From Pirellulaceae bacterium (GTDB lineage: Bacteria; Planctomycetota; Planctomycetia; Pirellulales; Pirellulaceae): a stretch of DNA of 64,000 nucleotides. The notes beneath the pieces are model-generated. The model did no database searches, was not told the origin of the DNA, and worked only from the letters and a program-made list of their open reading frames with translations. The stretch covers positions 6,598 through 70,597 of the forward strand of contig JBPCKT010000135.1 of the NCBI GenBank assembly GCA_051004015.1, in the 5' to 3' direction. Positions 9,377-18,297 of the stretch are shown piece after piece; positions within the stretch are counted from its first letter, which is position 1, and the number at the start of each line of letters is the position of its first letter. The position numbers were made by a program, and so were the translations under genes.

Positions 9377-11518
9377 ATGCTCCGCCATTTCGCGTTTGCC
9401 GCCGTGCTTTTGCTGCCGCTCGCCACCATTGCCCAGGAGACGCCCGTCCCCACTTCCGGCGGCAAAACGCCGCTCGGCGTCCGCCAGCAGCGGGTCGAGC
9501 AGATGACCGAGCAGCTCGAACGCCGCTTTGGCGCGCTCATCCAGGCTTTGCAGCAGACCGAGCCCGAACGGGCCGAGCGCCTCAAGAAGACCCTCGACGA
9601 GGCCAAGAAGCTGCAGCTCAAGGACCGGATGACGCTCATTACCAAGTCGCTGGACACGGCCAACCTGGAAACCGCCACTGATAAGCAAAAGGACGTCCTG
9701 GCCGACATTCGCAAGCTGCTGGCCTTGCTGCTCGACGAGAAGAGCGACAAGGACAAGGACCGCGAGGAATTCGAGCGGCTGCAAGAATGGAAAAAGAACA
9801 TCGAGAAGATCATCCAGGAGGAAAAAGGGGAGAAGCGCGAGGCCGACAAGCTCGCCTCCAAGGACAAGACGCTCGCCGGCCTGGAAGCCAAAATCAAGGC
9901 CATCAACGAACTGATCGAGAAGCAGCAGAAGATCATTGCCGATACCCAAGCCGCCCGCGAAGAGGGAATTCAGGCCGTCGGCAAAATTGCTCCCAAGCAA
10001 GAGCAAATCCGCACCGAAACCAAAAAGGTCGCCGACCAGATTGCCAAGGAAGCCGGCGATGTTCCCCCTGCCGAAGCCAAGCCCGGCGAAGGCGACAAGC
10101 CGGCTGAGGGGAGCAAACCCGCGGAAGGCTCCAAGCCGAGCGAGGGTTCCAAACCCAGCGAAGGAAGCAAGCCGGCGGAAGGCGCGAAGCCCAAAGAAGG
10201 AAGCAAGCCGAGCGAGGGTGGTAAGCCAAGCGAAGGTGGTAAGCCAAGCGAAGGATCGAAGCCGTCCGAAGGCGGCAAACCGTCAGAGGGTGGCAAGCCG
10301 AGCGAAGGTGGCAAACCAAGTGAGGGTGGCAAACCATCGGAAGGCGGCAAGCCCAGCGAAGGTTCGCAGCCCTCACCCAGCCCGGCTCGCCCGCCGGAGC
10401 CGGGTGAGAAGCCGCTCCGCCAGGCAACCGAGAATCAAAAGAATGCCGCCGCCAATCTCCAGCAGGGAAAAGGCAAGGCCGCCCAGCAGGACGAGCAAAC
10501 CGCGCTCGATAACCTCAAGCGGGCGCTCGGCGAGCTCAAGAAAGAACAGCAACGAATCGCCAGCTTGCCGCCGGAAGCCTTTGACAAGATGGCCAAAAAG
10601 CAGGAAGAGATCGCTCAGAAAACGGGCGACATTCAGGACAAGATGAAGGAAGCCGCGAAGGGAAGCCCCTCCGGTGGACCCCCTGGCAGCAAGAGCGGGC
10701 AGCCCGGCGGAGGCAAACCTCAGCCCGGCCAGAAGCAGGTGCAGCAGGCGCAGAAGCAGATGCAACAGGCTGGTGGCGACCTGAAAAAGCAGGATCCCGA
10801 AGGGGCCAGCCGCCAGGAGCAGAAGGCCATCAAGGAGCTCGAAGACGCTCTCAAGGAAATCGAGGAGCGGCTGGCCCAGCTCCGTGAAGAGACGCAGCTC
10901 GAGAAGCTGGCTCGGCTCGAAGCCCGCTTCCGCGAGATGCTCACCCGCCAGCAAAAGACGACTCTTGACACCGCCGAGTTGGAGAAGCGGAAAGTGGAGA
11001 ATCAAAAGATTGACCGCCTGGCGCACAATCCACTCGTGAAGGAGGAAAGCTCCCTCGCCGACGCTGCACAGCAGGCCCTCGACATCATCCTCGACGACGG
11101 CACCAGCGTCGTTTTCCCGGACGTGATCGAGCAGTTGCGCGACGATCTCTATTCCACCGCCAAGCTGATCGAAGGCAAAAAGACGGACGCCTATACCCAC
11201 ACGATGCAGAAGGAAATCGAAGCCACGCTGGAAGAGTTGATTGAAGCCCTCCAGCAGGCACAAAAGCAGAAGGAAGGCGGCGGTGGCGGGGGTGGCGGAG
11301 GAGGCGGAGACCCGCCGCTGCTTCCCAACTCGGCCGAGCTCAAGCTGCTGCGTGCCGCCCAGCTTCGCGTGAATCGCCGCACTCAGGCCTTTGACGTTAA
11401 CCGGCCGAAAGAAGGGCTGGACGATGTGCTCAAAGGAGAAATCCAAAGCATCGCCAAACGCCAAGCCGAAATTCAGGAAATGACCATCAAGATTTTGGAA
11501 AGAACCGAATCGCCATAA
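9377..11518 (+). CDS. Secreted coiled-coil protein with a (KPxEGx)16 linker and a Gly10 tract
   Basis: ATG at 9377 is preceded by GGAGGG at 9365-9370. Signal peptide MLRHFAFAAVLLLPLATIAQE. The ORF-track start at 9311 (TTG) lies inside a hairpin and adds a non-signal extension. Confidence 0.75.
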   Translation: MLRHFAFAAVLLLPLATIAQETPVPTSGGKTPLGVRQQRVEQMTEQLERRFGALIQALQQTEPERAERLKKTLDEAKKLQLKDRMTLITKSLDTANLETATDKQKDVLADIRKLLALLLDEKSDKDKDREEFERLQEWKKNIEKIIQEEKGEKREADKLASKDKTLAGLEAKIKAINELIEKQQKIIADTQAAREEGIQAVGKIAPKQEQIRTETKKVADQIAKEAGDVPPAEAKPGEGDKPAEGSKPAEGSKPSEGSKPSEGSKPAEGAKPKEGSKPSEGGKPSEGGKPSEGSKPSEGGKPSEGGKPSEGGKPSEGGKPSEGGKPSEGSQPSPSPARPPEPGEKPLRQATENQKNAAANLQQGKGKAAQQDEQTALDNLKRALGELKKEQQRIASLPPEAFDKMAKKQEEIAQKTGDIQDKMKEAAKGSPSGGPPGSKSGQPGGGKPQPGQKQVQQAQKQMQQAGGDLKKQDPEGASRQEQKAIKELEDALKEIEERLAQLREETQLEKLARLEARFREMLTRQQKTTLDTAELEKRKVENQKIDRLAHNPLVKEESSLADAAQQALDIILDDGTSVVFPDVIEQLRDDLYSTAKLIEGKKTDAYTHTMQKEIEATLEELIEALQQAQKQKEGGGGGGGGGGGDPPLLPNSAELKLLRAAQLRVNRRTQAFDVNRPKEGLDDVLKGEIQSIAKRQAEIQEMTIKILERTESP
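10079..10366 (+). repeat. 16 in-frame copies of an 18-nt unit encoding KP(S/A)EG(G/S)
   Basis: Counted directly: 16 x 18 nt. The units differ mostly at synonymous sites; Ser is encoded by agc, tcc, tca, agt and tcg. Confidence 0.95.
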
Positions 11519-11628
11519 GTCCACGGGCGGGAAGCCTGCCCCAGCTTAATATTCACTTGCTTTCCACCGCTCCGCGCGGGATACTTCAACACAGCCTCCC
11601 AGCCTGCTTCCGTAGCACCTATCAAGGA

Positions 11629-12720
11629 ATGGCCGCGATGATCCGAAAACTCTCATTCGCAGCGCTCGTCCTGGCACTTGCCCCCCCCGCCTTCGCCGCC
11701 GACTCGAAGCCGGTAGCCCCCGTGGAGAAGCCCATCGCCACGGACAAGGTGCTGGATAGTTTCCTCACCTCGGTGAAGGAGAATAAGGAATTCAAAGCGG
11801 AACAAGTGCAAAAGGCCACGGAGATTTTCACTGCGCTGCGGGCGGACGTCGATGGCAAGCCGATTGCCATTACCGAGGCGCTCCGTGAACTCTACCCCGA
11901 TTACAAAGACGCGCTCACCACTTTGGGCGAAGAGAACCTTCATGACGCGATCACCAAGCTGGGTGTATTGCGAGATGCCAAGGATCCCTATCTGGCCGCT
12001 GATGCCGCCTATTTCCTGGCGCGGGCCTACCTGCTCGACGAGCGGTTTGAAGACGCCCTGCCCCTGCTCGAGGATGCCACTGGCAAGAACGCCGACAAGA
12101 CGGCTCGCGGCGGCGAATCGCTGTTCCTTCGCGGCGTGGCCTATGGCCAGCTTATCCAGCGGAAGGAAGCGATGGAGTGCCTGAAGAAATTCCTGGATCA
12201 ATATCCCGACGCTCCCGAACGGATGCGCGTCGGCGCGTTCCGCCAGCTCGAAGCTCTCAAGTTGTATGAAGACGGCACGCTGACCGACGTCCAGTTCCGC
12301 ATGGAGTTCAGCCGCCGCAAGCTCTCATTGGAAGATGCGGGCGAGACCACGCGCGATCAACAGAAAAAGATCATCGACATCCTCGCCAAGCTGATTAAGG
12401 AAGCAGAAGAAAAAGAGTGCAACTGCAAGGGTGGCGGCAAGCCCAAGCCCGGCTCGAAGCCAGGCAAGGGAGGCGAAGGAGAGAGCCAGGCCAAAGGTGA
12501 AGGCCAGGGCCAGCAAGGGACTTCCGGCGGCGGCAGCAAGGGGATCGACAGCGACACCGTCAAGCGGCTGCACCGCGGCGGCCCGACGAGTCCTTGGAGC
12601 CACCTTCGCGACCGCGAGCGGGACCCGGTCTTCAACGCCATCAAGGAAAAGTACCCCGCCCGTTACCAGCAGCTCATCGAGCAGTACTACAAGAGCTTCA
12701 GCGACGAGAGCGAAGGGTAG
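11629..12720 (+). CDS. Secreted TPR-like protein, BatC/BatE-like position in the cluster
   Basis: Signal peptide MAAMIRKLSFAALVLALAPPAFA. TPR-like DPYLAADAAYFLARAYLLDERFEDALPLLEDA. ATG at 11638 is an alternative start. Confidence 0.7.
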   Translation: MAAMIRKLSFAALVLALAPPAFAADSKPVAPVEKPIATDKVLDSFLTSVKENKEFKAEQVQKATEIFTALRADVDGKPIAITEALRELYPDYKDALTTLGEENLHDAITKLGVLRDAKDPYLAADAAYFLARAYLLDERFEDALPLLEDATGKNADKTARGGESLFLRGVAYGQLIQRKEAMECLKKFLDQYPDAPERMRVGAFRQLEALKLYEDGTLTDVQFRMEFSRRKLSLEDAGETTRDQQKKIIDILAKLIKEAEEKECNCKGGGKPKPGSKPGKGGEGESQAKGEGQGQQGTSGGGSKGIDSDTVKRLHRGGPTSPWSHLRDRERDPVFNAIKEKYPARYQQLIEQYYKSFSDESEG

Positions 12721-12745
12721 ACCGCTTTTGAGCGTCAGACGAATT

Positions 12746-12768
12746 CCAGCCGGTGTAATTCCGGCTGG
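12746..12768 (+). terminator. Hairpin CCAGCCGG-TGTAATT-CCGGCTGG after the TPR-like gene
   Basis: 8-bp perfect stem, 26 nt after the stop. No U-tract. Confidence 0.3.
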
Positions 12769-12782
12769 TGTATGATAGAGGC

Positions 12783-13985
12783 ATGATCATCGCATTTCGA
12801 TTCCGGGCCGCAGCTCTTTTTGCGCCCTTGATATTCGTCGCTGTTCCGATTGCGGCCCAGCCTCCCAAGAATGACGGCATCGCGCTCACGCTTCTCAGCG
12901 GCGAGACCCGGCAGGCCAAGACCATCGCCATCTCCGCCGGCAAGCTCAGCGGCGACGGCCTCTCCCAGCCGCTTCCGCTCGACGACCTGCGGCAGATTCG
13001 CCTCGCAGCCGTAGTGCCAGAGGCCAAGCCCGCTGTCGTGCTTCATTTGCTGGGCGGCGGCAAAGTCCTCGCCAGATCAATCACCATCGCCGGCGATGTG
13101 TGCCAGGTGGAATCCGCTCTCGCCGGCAAGCTGACGATTCCCCTCGATCAGGTTCGCGGCGTCCGACTGGAGCCCGCTGCCCTCAGCCCCGAATTTGACA
13201 AGGCCCTCGCCGCCCCCAGCGCCGACCAGGATCGGCTGTTCATCAAGATCGAGGACAAAGTCGATTCCGCCGCCGGCATTTTCAAATCGCTGAGCGAAAA
13301 GGAGTTCCAGTTCGAGCTTGGCGGCGAGAGCAAAACGCTTCCCCGCGAGAAGCTCTTCGGCTTGGTCGTCGCCCAGGGTTCCGCGGCTGACGACCCGGCC
13401 AAAGCTCTGATTACCCTCCGCGACGGCTCGCTGTTCGCCGGCGAGATCGATTCCCTTTCCGGCGGCAAGCTCGCGGCCAGCCTCCCCGGCGGCAGCAAGA
13501 TCGAGATTCCCCAGCAAGCACTCGCCTCCATCGCGCTGCGTTCCAGCCGCCTGGCCTTTCTGTCCGATCTGAAGCCGGTGGAAGAAGAGCAGCGGTCGCT
13601 GGCCTTTATGGATGTTCCCTGGCAAAAAGACCGCAGCGTCCTAAGCCGCACCTTGACGCTGGGCCAGCGGACCTTTGAAAAAGGGATCGGCTGTCACGCG
13701 GAGTGCCGGCTGACCTTCGCCGCCGATGGCAAGTGGGACGTGCTGGCCGCGGTGATTGGGATCGATGCGGAGACGATGGGGAAAGGGGACTGCATTTTCA
13801 TTGTGCTCGCCGACGGCGAAGCGGTCTTTACCCGCCGCGTCAAAGGAACGGATCCACCGCAGGAAATCCAGGTCGAAATTCCCCGCGCCAAAAGGATCGT
13901 GCTGGTCGTCGAAGCCGGAGCGGGGCTCGACCTGGGGGACCATGCCGATTGGTGCGACGTTCGTTTCATCAAAAGCAGCAAATAG
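12783..13985 (+). CDS. Secreted protein with a C-terminal NPCBM-like (NEW2) carbohydrate-binding domain
   Basis: Signal peptide MIIAFRFRAAALFAPLIFVAVPIAAQ. C-terminus FEKGIGCHA...VIGIDAE...GDCIFIVLADGE...LDLGDHADWCDVRFIK matches my memory of the NPCBM pattern. Confidence 0.7.
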   Translation: MIIAFRFRAAALFAPLIFVAVPIAAQPPKNDGIALTLLSGETRQAKTIAISAGKLSGDGLSQPLPLDDLRQIRLAAVVPEAKPAVVLHLLGGGKVLARSITIAGDVCQVESALAGKLTIPLDQVRGVRLEPAALSPEFDKALAAPSADQDRLFIKIEDKVDSAAGIFKSLSEKEFQFELGGESKTLPREKLFGLVVAQGSAADDPAKALITLRDGSLFAGEIDSLSGGKLAASLPGGSKIEIPQQALASIALRSSRLAFLSDLKPVEEEQRSLAFMDVPWQKDRSVLSRTLTLGQRTFEKGIGCHAECRLTFAADGKWDVLAAVIGIDAETMGKGDCIFIVLADGEAVFTRRVKGTDPPQEIQVEIPRAKRIVLVVEAGAGLDLGDHADWCDVRFIKSSK

Positions 13986-13998
13986 CCGGAGCCGAGAT

Positions 13999-16104
13999 AT
14001 GCGACCACTCATCCGTCCCGTCTGGCTTCTGGCCGCGCTGCTCGCAAGCTGGAACCTGATCGCATTCGCCCAGGACGCCGACGAACTCTCCCCTGCGGAT
14101 TTCGCTGCCGTCAAGGCTGCTCAAAAGCAGCGGGTGGAAACCATCGCCAAGGTCTACGGCGCGGTGGTGGCGATTTATGGCAATGACCGAGCCGGCGGCG
14201 GCTCGGGTGTTTTATATGATCCGGCCGGTTTTGCGCTCACCAACCACCACGTGGTGGCCGGCGCGGGGACCGAAGGCTGGGGAGGGCTCGCTGACGGCAA
14301 GCTCTATCGCTGGAGGCTCATCGGCACCGATCCGGGCGGCGACGTGGCGATCATCCAGCTGACCGGCAAGGACGTCTTCCCGTATGCCCCGCTGGCGGAT
14401 TCCGAATCGGTTCGCGTCGGCGACTGGGCGATGGCGATGGGCAACCCGTTCGTCCTGGCGGAGGACCAGCGTCCCACGGTCACGCTCGGCATCGTCAGCG
14501 GCGTTCACCGCTTCCAGGAAGGCTCCGGCTTGAACCAACTGGTTTACGGCAACTGCATCCAGGTCGATAGCTCGATCAACCCCGGCAACTCCGGCGGCCC
14601 GCTGTTCAGCCTTCGCGGCCAAATCATTGGCATCAATGGTCGGGGCAGCTTTGAGGAGCGGGGCCGCGTGAACGTCGGCCTGGGCTATGCCATCTCCGCC
14701 AACCAGTGCCGTATGTTCCTTCCGGAGCTCCTGGCAACGAAAATTGCCCAGCACGGCACACTCGACGCCATCTTTGGAACCCGCGAAGGGAAGGTGATTT
14801 GTCACACCGTGAATCTTGACTCGGCCATTGCCAAGGCCGGCCTGCAGCTTGGCGACAAGCTGATCCGCTTTGAAGGGCGGCCGGTGGTGGACGCCAACCA
14901 GTTCACGAACGACCTCAGCATGTTTCCCGCCAACTGGCCCGTTGAAGTCACCTGGGAGCGCGACGGCCAGCCCATGACCGCCCATGTCCGTTTGAGCGCA
15001 CTGCCGTACGAACCTATCGTCAAACAGAACGGCGAGCAGCCGCCGGAAGAGAAGCCTGGGGACGAGAAGCCCAAGGAAGAAAAGCCTGGCGAGAAGAAGC
15101 CCGATGGTGACACACCGGAAGAGAAGAAGCCCGCGGAAGAAAAGCCAGCGAAGCCCGCGGAAGAAAAAAAGGAAGAGCCGGCTCCCAAGAAGCCTGCGGA
15201 GGCAAAGCCCGCTGAAGAGAAGCCGACGGAGAAACCCGCCGAGAAGGAAGGCAATGGTGACGAGAAAAAGGAAGAGAAGCCCGACCCGAACGCGCCTCCA
15301 AATCCCAGAGACCTGCCGAAAGACCTTCCCAAAGAGCGGCTGTTACCGCCCAAGCCAAAGATTCCGCTGGGTGAGGCTGGCAAAATCCGTGACAAAGACC
15401 TCAACAAGCAGAATGCCCAGCAGATTATCGCCCGTTGGCGGGAACAGTGTGGCGCGGCGAAGCTCAAGGACAGCGGTATCATCTTCCGCATGGAGAGCGT
15501 GCTGCTGCGTGACGGCAAGGCTGTCGGCCAGCAACAAATGACCATCGCCTCCGGCAGCCGCTGCCGTGTCGATTACATTCTGGATGGCAAGAAGCGATCG
15601 CTCGGCACCGACGGCAAGGTCTGGTGGCTGAGTGTGGACGGTAAGTCGCAGGAAGTCTCGCAATCCCGCGCCCTGCGGGACTCGCATTTGTCCCAGGCAG
15701 TCGCTCTCGCCGCGCTGCTCACCCCGCAACCGCTCGCAGGGCTCGGCGACCTGGCTCTCGATGGTTCCGATAAAGGTCGCGGACGCCTTTGCTTCCGCCT
15801 GAGTGCGACGGACAAAGAGAGCGAGCAGTTTTTCGTCTGGCTGAGCGTGTGTAATGATGAAGTCCAGCCCCGCGTGCAATTGCAGAAGACCGGGGTTGGC
15901 ATCGACGATGAGGAGCCGATTGCCTCGGTTATTTACGATGAATGGGACGACACCGAAGGGCTTTTCCTGCCGTGGAAGGCCGTGCATGTCCGCGGCCTTG
16001 CCGAAGCCGCCGAGTTGGTGATTGATACACAGTCCTGCTCCGCTCTCGCGGAGATTGAAGACGCCTTTTTTCAGGCACCCAAAAATGATGTTCCGCCCAA
16101 GTAA
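13999..16104 (+). CDS. HtrA/DegP-family serine protease (S1C) with a PDZ domain, an EEKP-rich linker and a roughly 250-aa C-terminal domain; catalytic triad intact
   Basis: ATG at 13999 gives signal peptide MRPLIRPVWLLAALLASWNLIAFAQD. His in LTNHHVV, Asp in GGDVAIIQL, Ser in NPGNSGGPLF. PDZ motif AIAKAGLQLGDKLI. Confidence 0.88.
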   Translation: MRPLIRPVWLLAALLASWNLIAFAQDADELSPADFAAVKAAQKQRVETIAKVYGAVVAIYGNDRAGGGSGVLYDPAGFALTNHHVVAGAGTEGWGGLADGKLYRWRLIGTDPGGDVAIIQLTGKDVFPYAPLADSESVRVGDWAMAMGNPFVLAEDQRPTVTLGIVSGVHRFQEGSGLNQLVYGNCIQVDSSINPGNSGGPLFSLRGQIIGINGRGSFEERGRVNVGLGYAISANQCRMFLPELLATKIAQHGTLDAIFGTREGKVICHTVNLDSAIAKAGLQLGDKLIRFEGRPVVDANQFTNDLSMFPANWPVEVTWERDGQPMTAHVRLSALPYEPIVKQNGEQPPEEKPGDEKPKEEKPGEKKPDGDTPEEKKPAEEKPAKPAEEKKEEPAPKKPAEAKPAEEKPTEKPAEKEGNGDEKKEEKPDPNAPPNPRDLPKDLPKERLLPPKPKIPLGEAGKIRDKDLNKQNAQQIIARWREQCGAAKLKDSGIIFRMESVLLRDGKAVGQQQMTIASGSRCRVDYILDGKKRSLGTDGKVWWLSVDGKSQEVSQSRALRDSHLSQAVALAALLTPQPLAGLGDLALDGSDKGRGRLCFRLSATDKESEQFFVWLSVCNDEVQPRVQLQKTGVGIDDEEPIASVIYDEWDDTEGLFLPWKAVHVRGLAEAAELVIDTQSCSALAEIEDAFFQAPKNDVPPK

Positions 16105-17104
16105 CACCCTCGCGGCGATTGCCGCGCTTGTTGGCCTTGCAACTGCTCCGTTATTGACGGCGGACGAGCCCGTCTCTCCCGACGGAGCTTTTGCCGAGGC
16201 GATTCAGATCGCCCAGCGGCGGACCGTGAAAATCTACGGCGCGGGCATCGGCCGCAGTCCGGCCTACGCCAGCGGCATATTGGTCTCTTCGACGGGAGAT
16301 GTTCTGACCGGCAACGGCGTCTACCTTGGCGCTGAGAACCTGCGAATTACGCTGCCAGATGGCAGCACCTTTCCCGCCACTGTCGTCCGCCGCAGCCAGA
16401 CGCTGCAGATCGCTCAACTCAAGATTGAAGCGAATACCCCCGACTTTTTCGAGATCCCCGAGAAGCCCGCCGCCGGCAAGGGGGACTGGATCCTGGCGGT
16501 CAGCAACGCCTTCAAAGTGGCCGACCGCGCGGAGCCGCTCTCGGTCAACATTGGCGTGCTTTCGCTCCGCACACAGCTCGATGCCCGCCGCGGCGTCAAT
16601 GACTTTCCCTATGAAGGTGACGTCTATCTCTACGACGCCATTACTAGCAATCCCGGCGCGGCCGGCGGCGCCGTGGTCAGCACGGAAGGGAAGCTCGTCG
16701 GGATGATTGGCCGTGTCATTGAATCCAAGTCCACCAATACGCGGCTCAACTACGCGGTCCCCGCGGACACGCTAAAGCAGTTCATGTCCGGCGAAGAACC
16801 GATGCCGATGGTGGCGGCAACCACGTCCACTGGCGCAAAGGGTGAGCTGGGCATTCGACTCTTTAACTTGGGAGGTCGAAAAAGCCCGGCGTACATCGAC
16901 CGCGTATTGCCCGGAAGCGCGGCGGCCAAGGCGGGATTGAAGACGGACGACATGGTCATCTCCATCGGCGGCCAAATCGTCCGCGATGCTGGTGATTTCA
17001 AGCGACTCTCCGACAACCTGAAGGCCGGAGTTGAAATCACCATCGAGGTCAAGCGGAAGAGTGACCTGCTGACCATCAAGCTCACGCCCGCGGAGGCCAA
17101 GTGA
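16085..17104 (+). CDS. HtrA-like pseudoprotease with PDZ; all three catalytic residues are replaced
   Basis: ATG at 16085 overlaps the upstream gene by 20 nt. Signal-like N-terminus. The His motif reads LTGNGV, the Asp motif TLQIAQLKI, the Ser motif NPGAAGGAVV. PDZ motif AAAKAGLKTDDMVI. Confidence 0.8.
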   Translation: MMFRPSNTLAAIAALVGLATAPLLTADEPVSPDGAFAEAIQIAQRRTVKIYGAGIGRSPAYASGILVSSTGDVLTGNGVYLGAENLRITLPDGSTFPATVVRRSQTLQIAQLKIEANTPDFFEIPEKPAAGKGDWILAVSNAFKVADRAEPLSVNIGVLSLRTQLDARRGVNDFPYEGDVYLYDAITSNPGAAGGAVVSTEGKLVGMIGRVIESKSTNTRLNYAVPADTLKQFMSGEEPMPMVAATTSTGAKGELGIRLFNLGGRKSPAYIDRVLPGSAAAKAGLKTDDMVISIGGQIVRDAGDFKRLSDNLKAGVEITIEVKRKSDLLTIKLTPAEAK

Positions 17105-18294
17105 CAAGTCCATTCGTTGTAACTCGCTTCGGCCGGTTTGCAGCTCTCGCGGCATGGCTGTTTTGTGACGTGGTCACTTTTGCCGACGATCCTAAGCCGG
17201 ACGCTGTGTCCGCCGAAAAGCAAACCCTCCTGCGCGGGACGCTATTTTCGCCCAAAGCCTTCCGGGCCGCGGCTAAGAAACTCCAGCCGTCGCTGGTCAC
17301 CATCGAAGGCTTCGGCGGCCTGGCCGCCGGCAGCGGACAGACCAAGGGAATTCATGCCCCCGGCGAAGGGCCGACGACCGGCCTGATCATTTCGTCGGAT
17401 GGCTACATCGTCACCAGCACCTTTAACTTCATCCGCAAGCCGCCAATTATTGCCGTCCGCTTGCCGTCCGGTGAGCGCAAGATCGCCCGGCTCCTCGGCC
17501 GGGACGAAACCCGCCGCATCTGTCTGCTCAAGGTGGACGGCGTCAGCGGCCTGACTGTGCCGGAGATGGCACCTCGCGAAGAGTTCGCCGTGGGTCAGTG
17601 GGCGGTCGCACTTGGCATCGGCTATGGCGATGCGGAGCCGGCCCTCACTGCGGGCATCATTTCGGCCACCAGCCGCATCGGGACCAAGGCGGTGCAGACG
17701 GACGCCAACCTCAGCCCCGCCAACTACGGCGGTCCGCTGATTGATCTGGACGGCCGCGTCATCGGCATTTGCGTGCCGCTCTCTCCCGGCGGTCAACAAG
17801 AAGGCGCCGGCAGTGAATGGTACGACTCCGGCATCGGTTTCGCCGTTCCGCTGGCTGGCCTCGATAAAGTCATCGCCGCCATGAAGGAAGGGAAGACTTT
17901 GCAGCGCGCCTTCCTGGGCGTGCAAAGCCAGCCGACGGGAACTCCCCCCAGCGGGGCCACCATTGTCAGCGTCGTTCCCGATTCGCCCGCCGCCAAAGCG
18001 GGCCTGATCAAGGATGACAAGTTGCTGGCCATTGACGGCACCGAAGTCATGGACGTGACGCATCTTTCCTCCCTTATTGCGCGCTATGTCGCCGGCGACA
18101 AGGTGGAAGTCACTTACCAGCGCGGCGAGGAGAAAAAAACCATCACTGCCGAGCTCGCCGTCGCTCCCCCTCCGGCGCCTCCCATGAAGCCGGTGCCGAT
18201 GCTGCCGAAGGATCCGGAGAAGAAGCCCGATGACAAGCCTGGCGAAGAAAAGCCCGCAGAAAAACCAGCGGAAAAACCAGCGAACGAACCCTAG
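17101..18294 (+). CDS. HtrA-like pseudoprotease with PDZ; catalytic residues are replaced
   Basis: GTG at 17101 overlaps the upstream TGA (GTGA). The His motif reads VTSTFNF, the Asp motif RRICLLKV, the Ser motif SPANYGGPLI. PDZ motif PAAKAGLIKDDKLL. KP/E-rich tail. Confidence 0.8.
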   Translation: MTSPFVVTRFGRFAALAAWLFCDVVTFADDPKPDAVSAEKQTLLRGTLFSPKAFRAAAKKLQPSLVTIEGFGGLAAGSGQTKGIHAPGEGPTTGLIISSDGYIVTSTFNFIRKPPIIAVRLPSGERKIARLLGRDETRRICLLKVDGVSGLTVPEMAPREEFAVGQWAVALGIGYGDAEPALTAGIISATSRIGTKAVQTDANLSPANYGGPLIDLDGRVIGICVPLSPGGQQEGAGSEWYDSGIGFAVPLAGLDKVIAAMKEGKTLQRAFLGVQSQPTGTPPSGATIVSVVPDSPAAKAGLIKDDKLLAIDGTEVMDVTHLSSLIARYVAGDKVEVTYQRGEEKKTITAELAVAPPPAPPMKPVPMLPKDPEKKPDDKPGEEKPAEKPAEKPANEP

Positions 18295-18297
18295 GGT

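Noticed and set aside
10079-10366. Possible CRISPR-like or slippage array, because of the regular 18-nt period
   Set aside because: There are no spacers. The period is a multiple of 3 and in-frame within a secreted protein. The units differ at synonymous sites. It is a protein repeat, not a CRISPR array.
11277-11306. G-rich run (ggcggtggcgggggtggcggaggaggcgga) as a possible G-quadruplex or slippage site
   Set aside because: It encodes an in-frame Gly10 linker using mixed Gly codons. There is no evidence for a structural or regulatory role beyond a flexible linker.
13756-13998. Upstream extension of the first HtrA gene, overlapping the NPCBM gene
   Set aside because: The extension is a frame that happens to be open over the NPCBM C-terminus. 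The ATG at 13999 gives a proper signal peptide 14 nt after the NPCBM stop.
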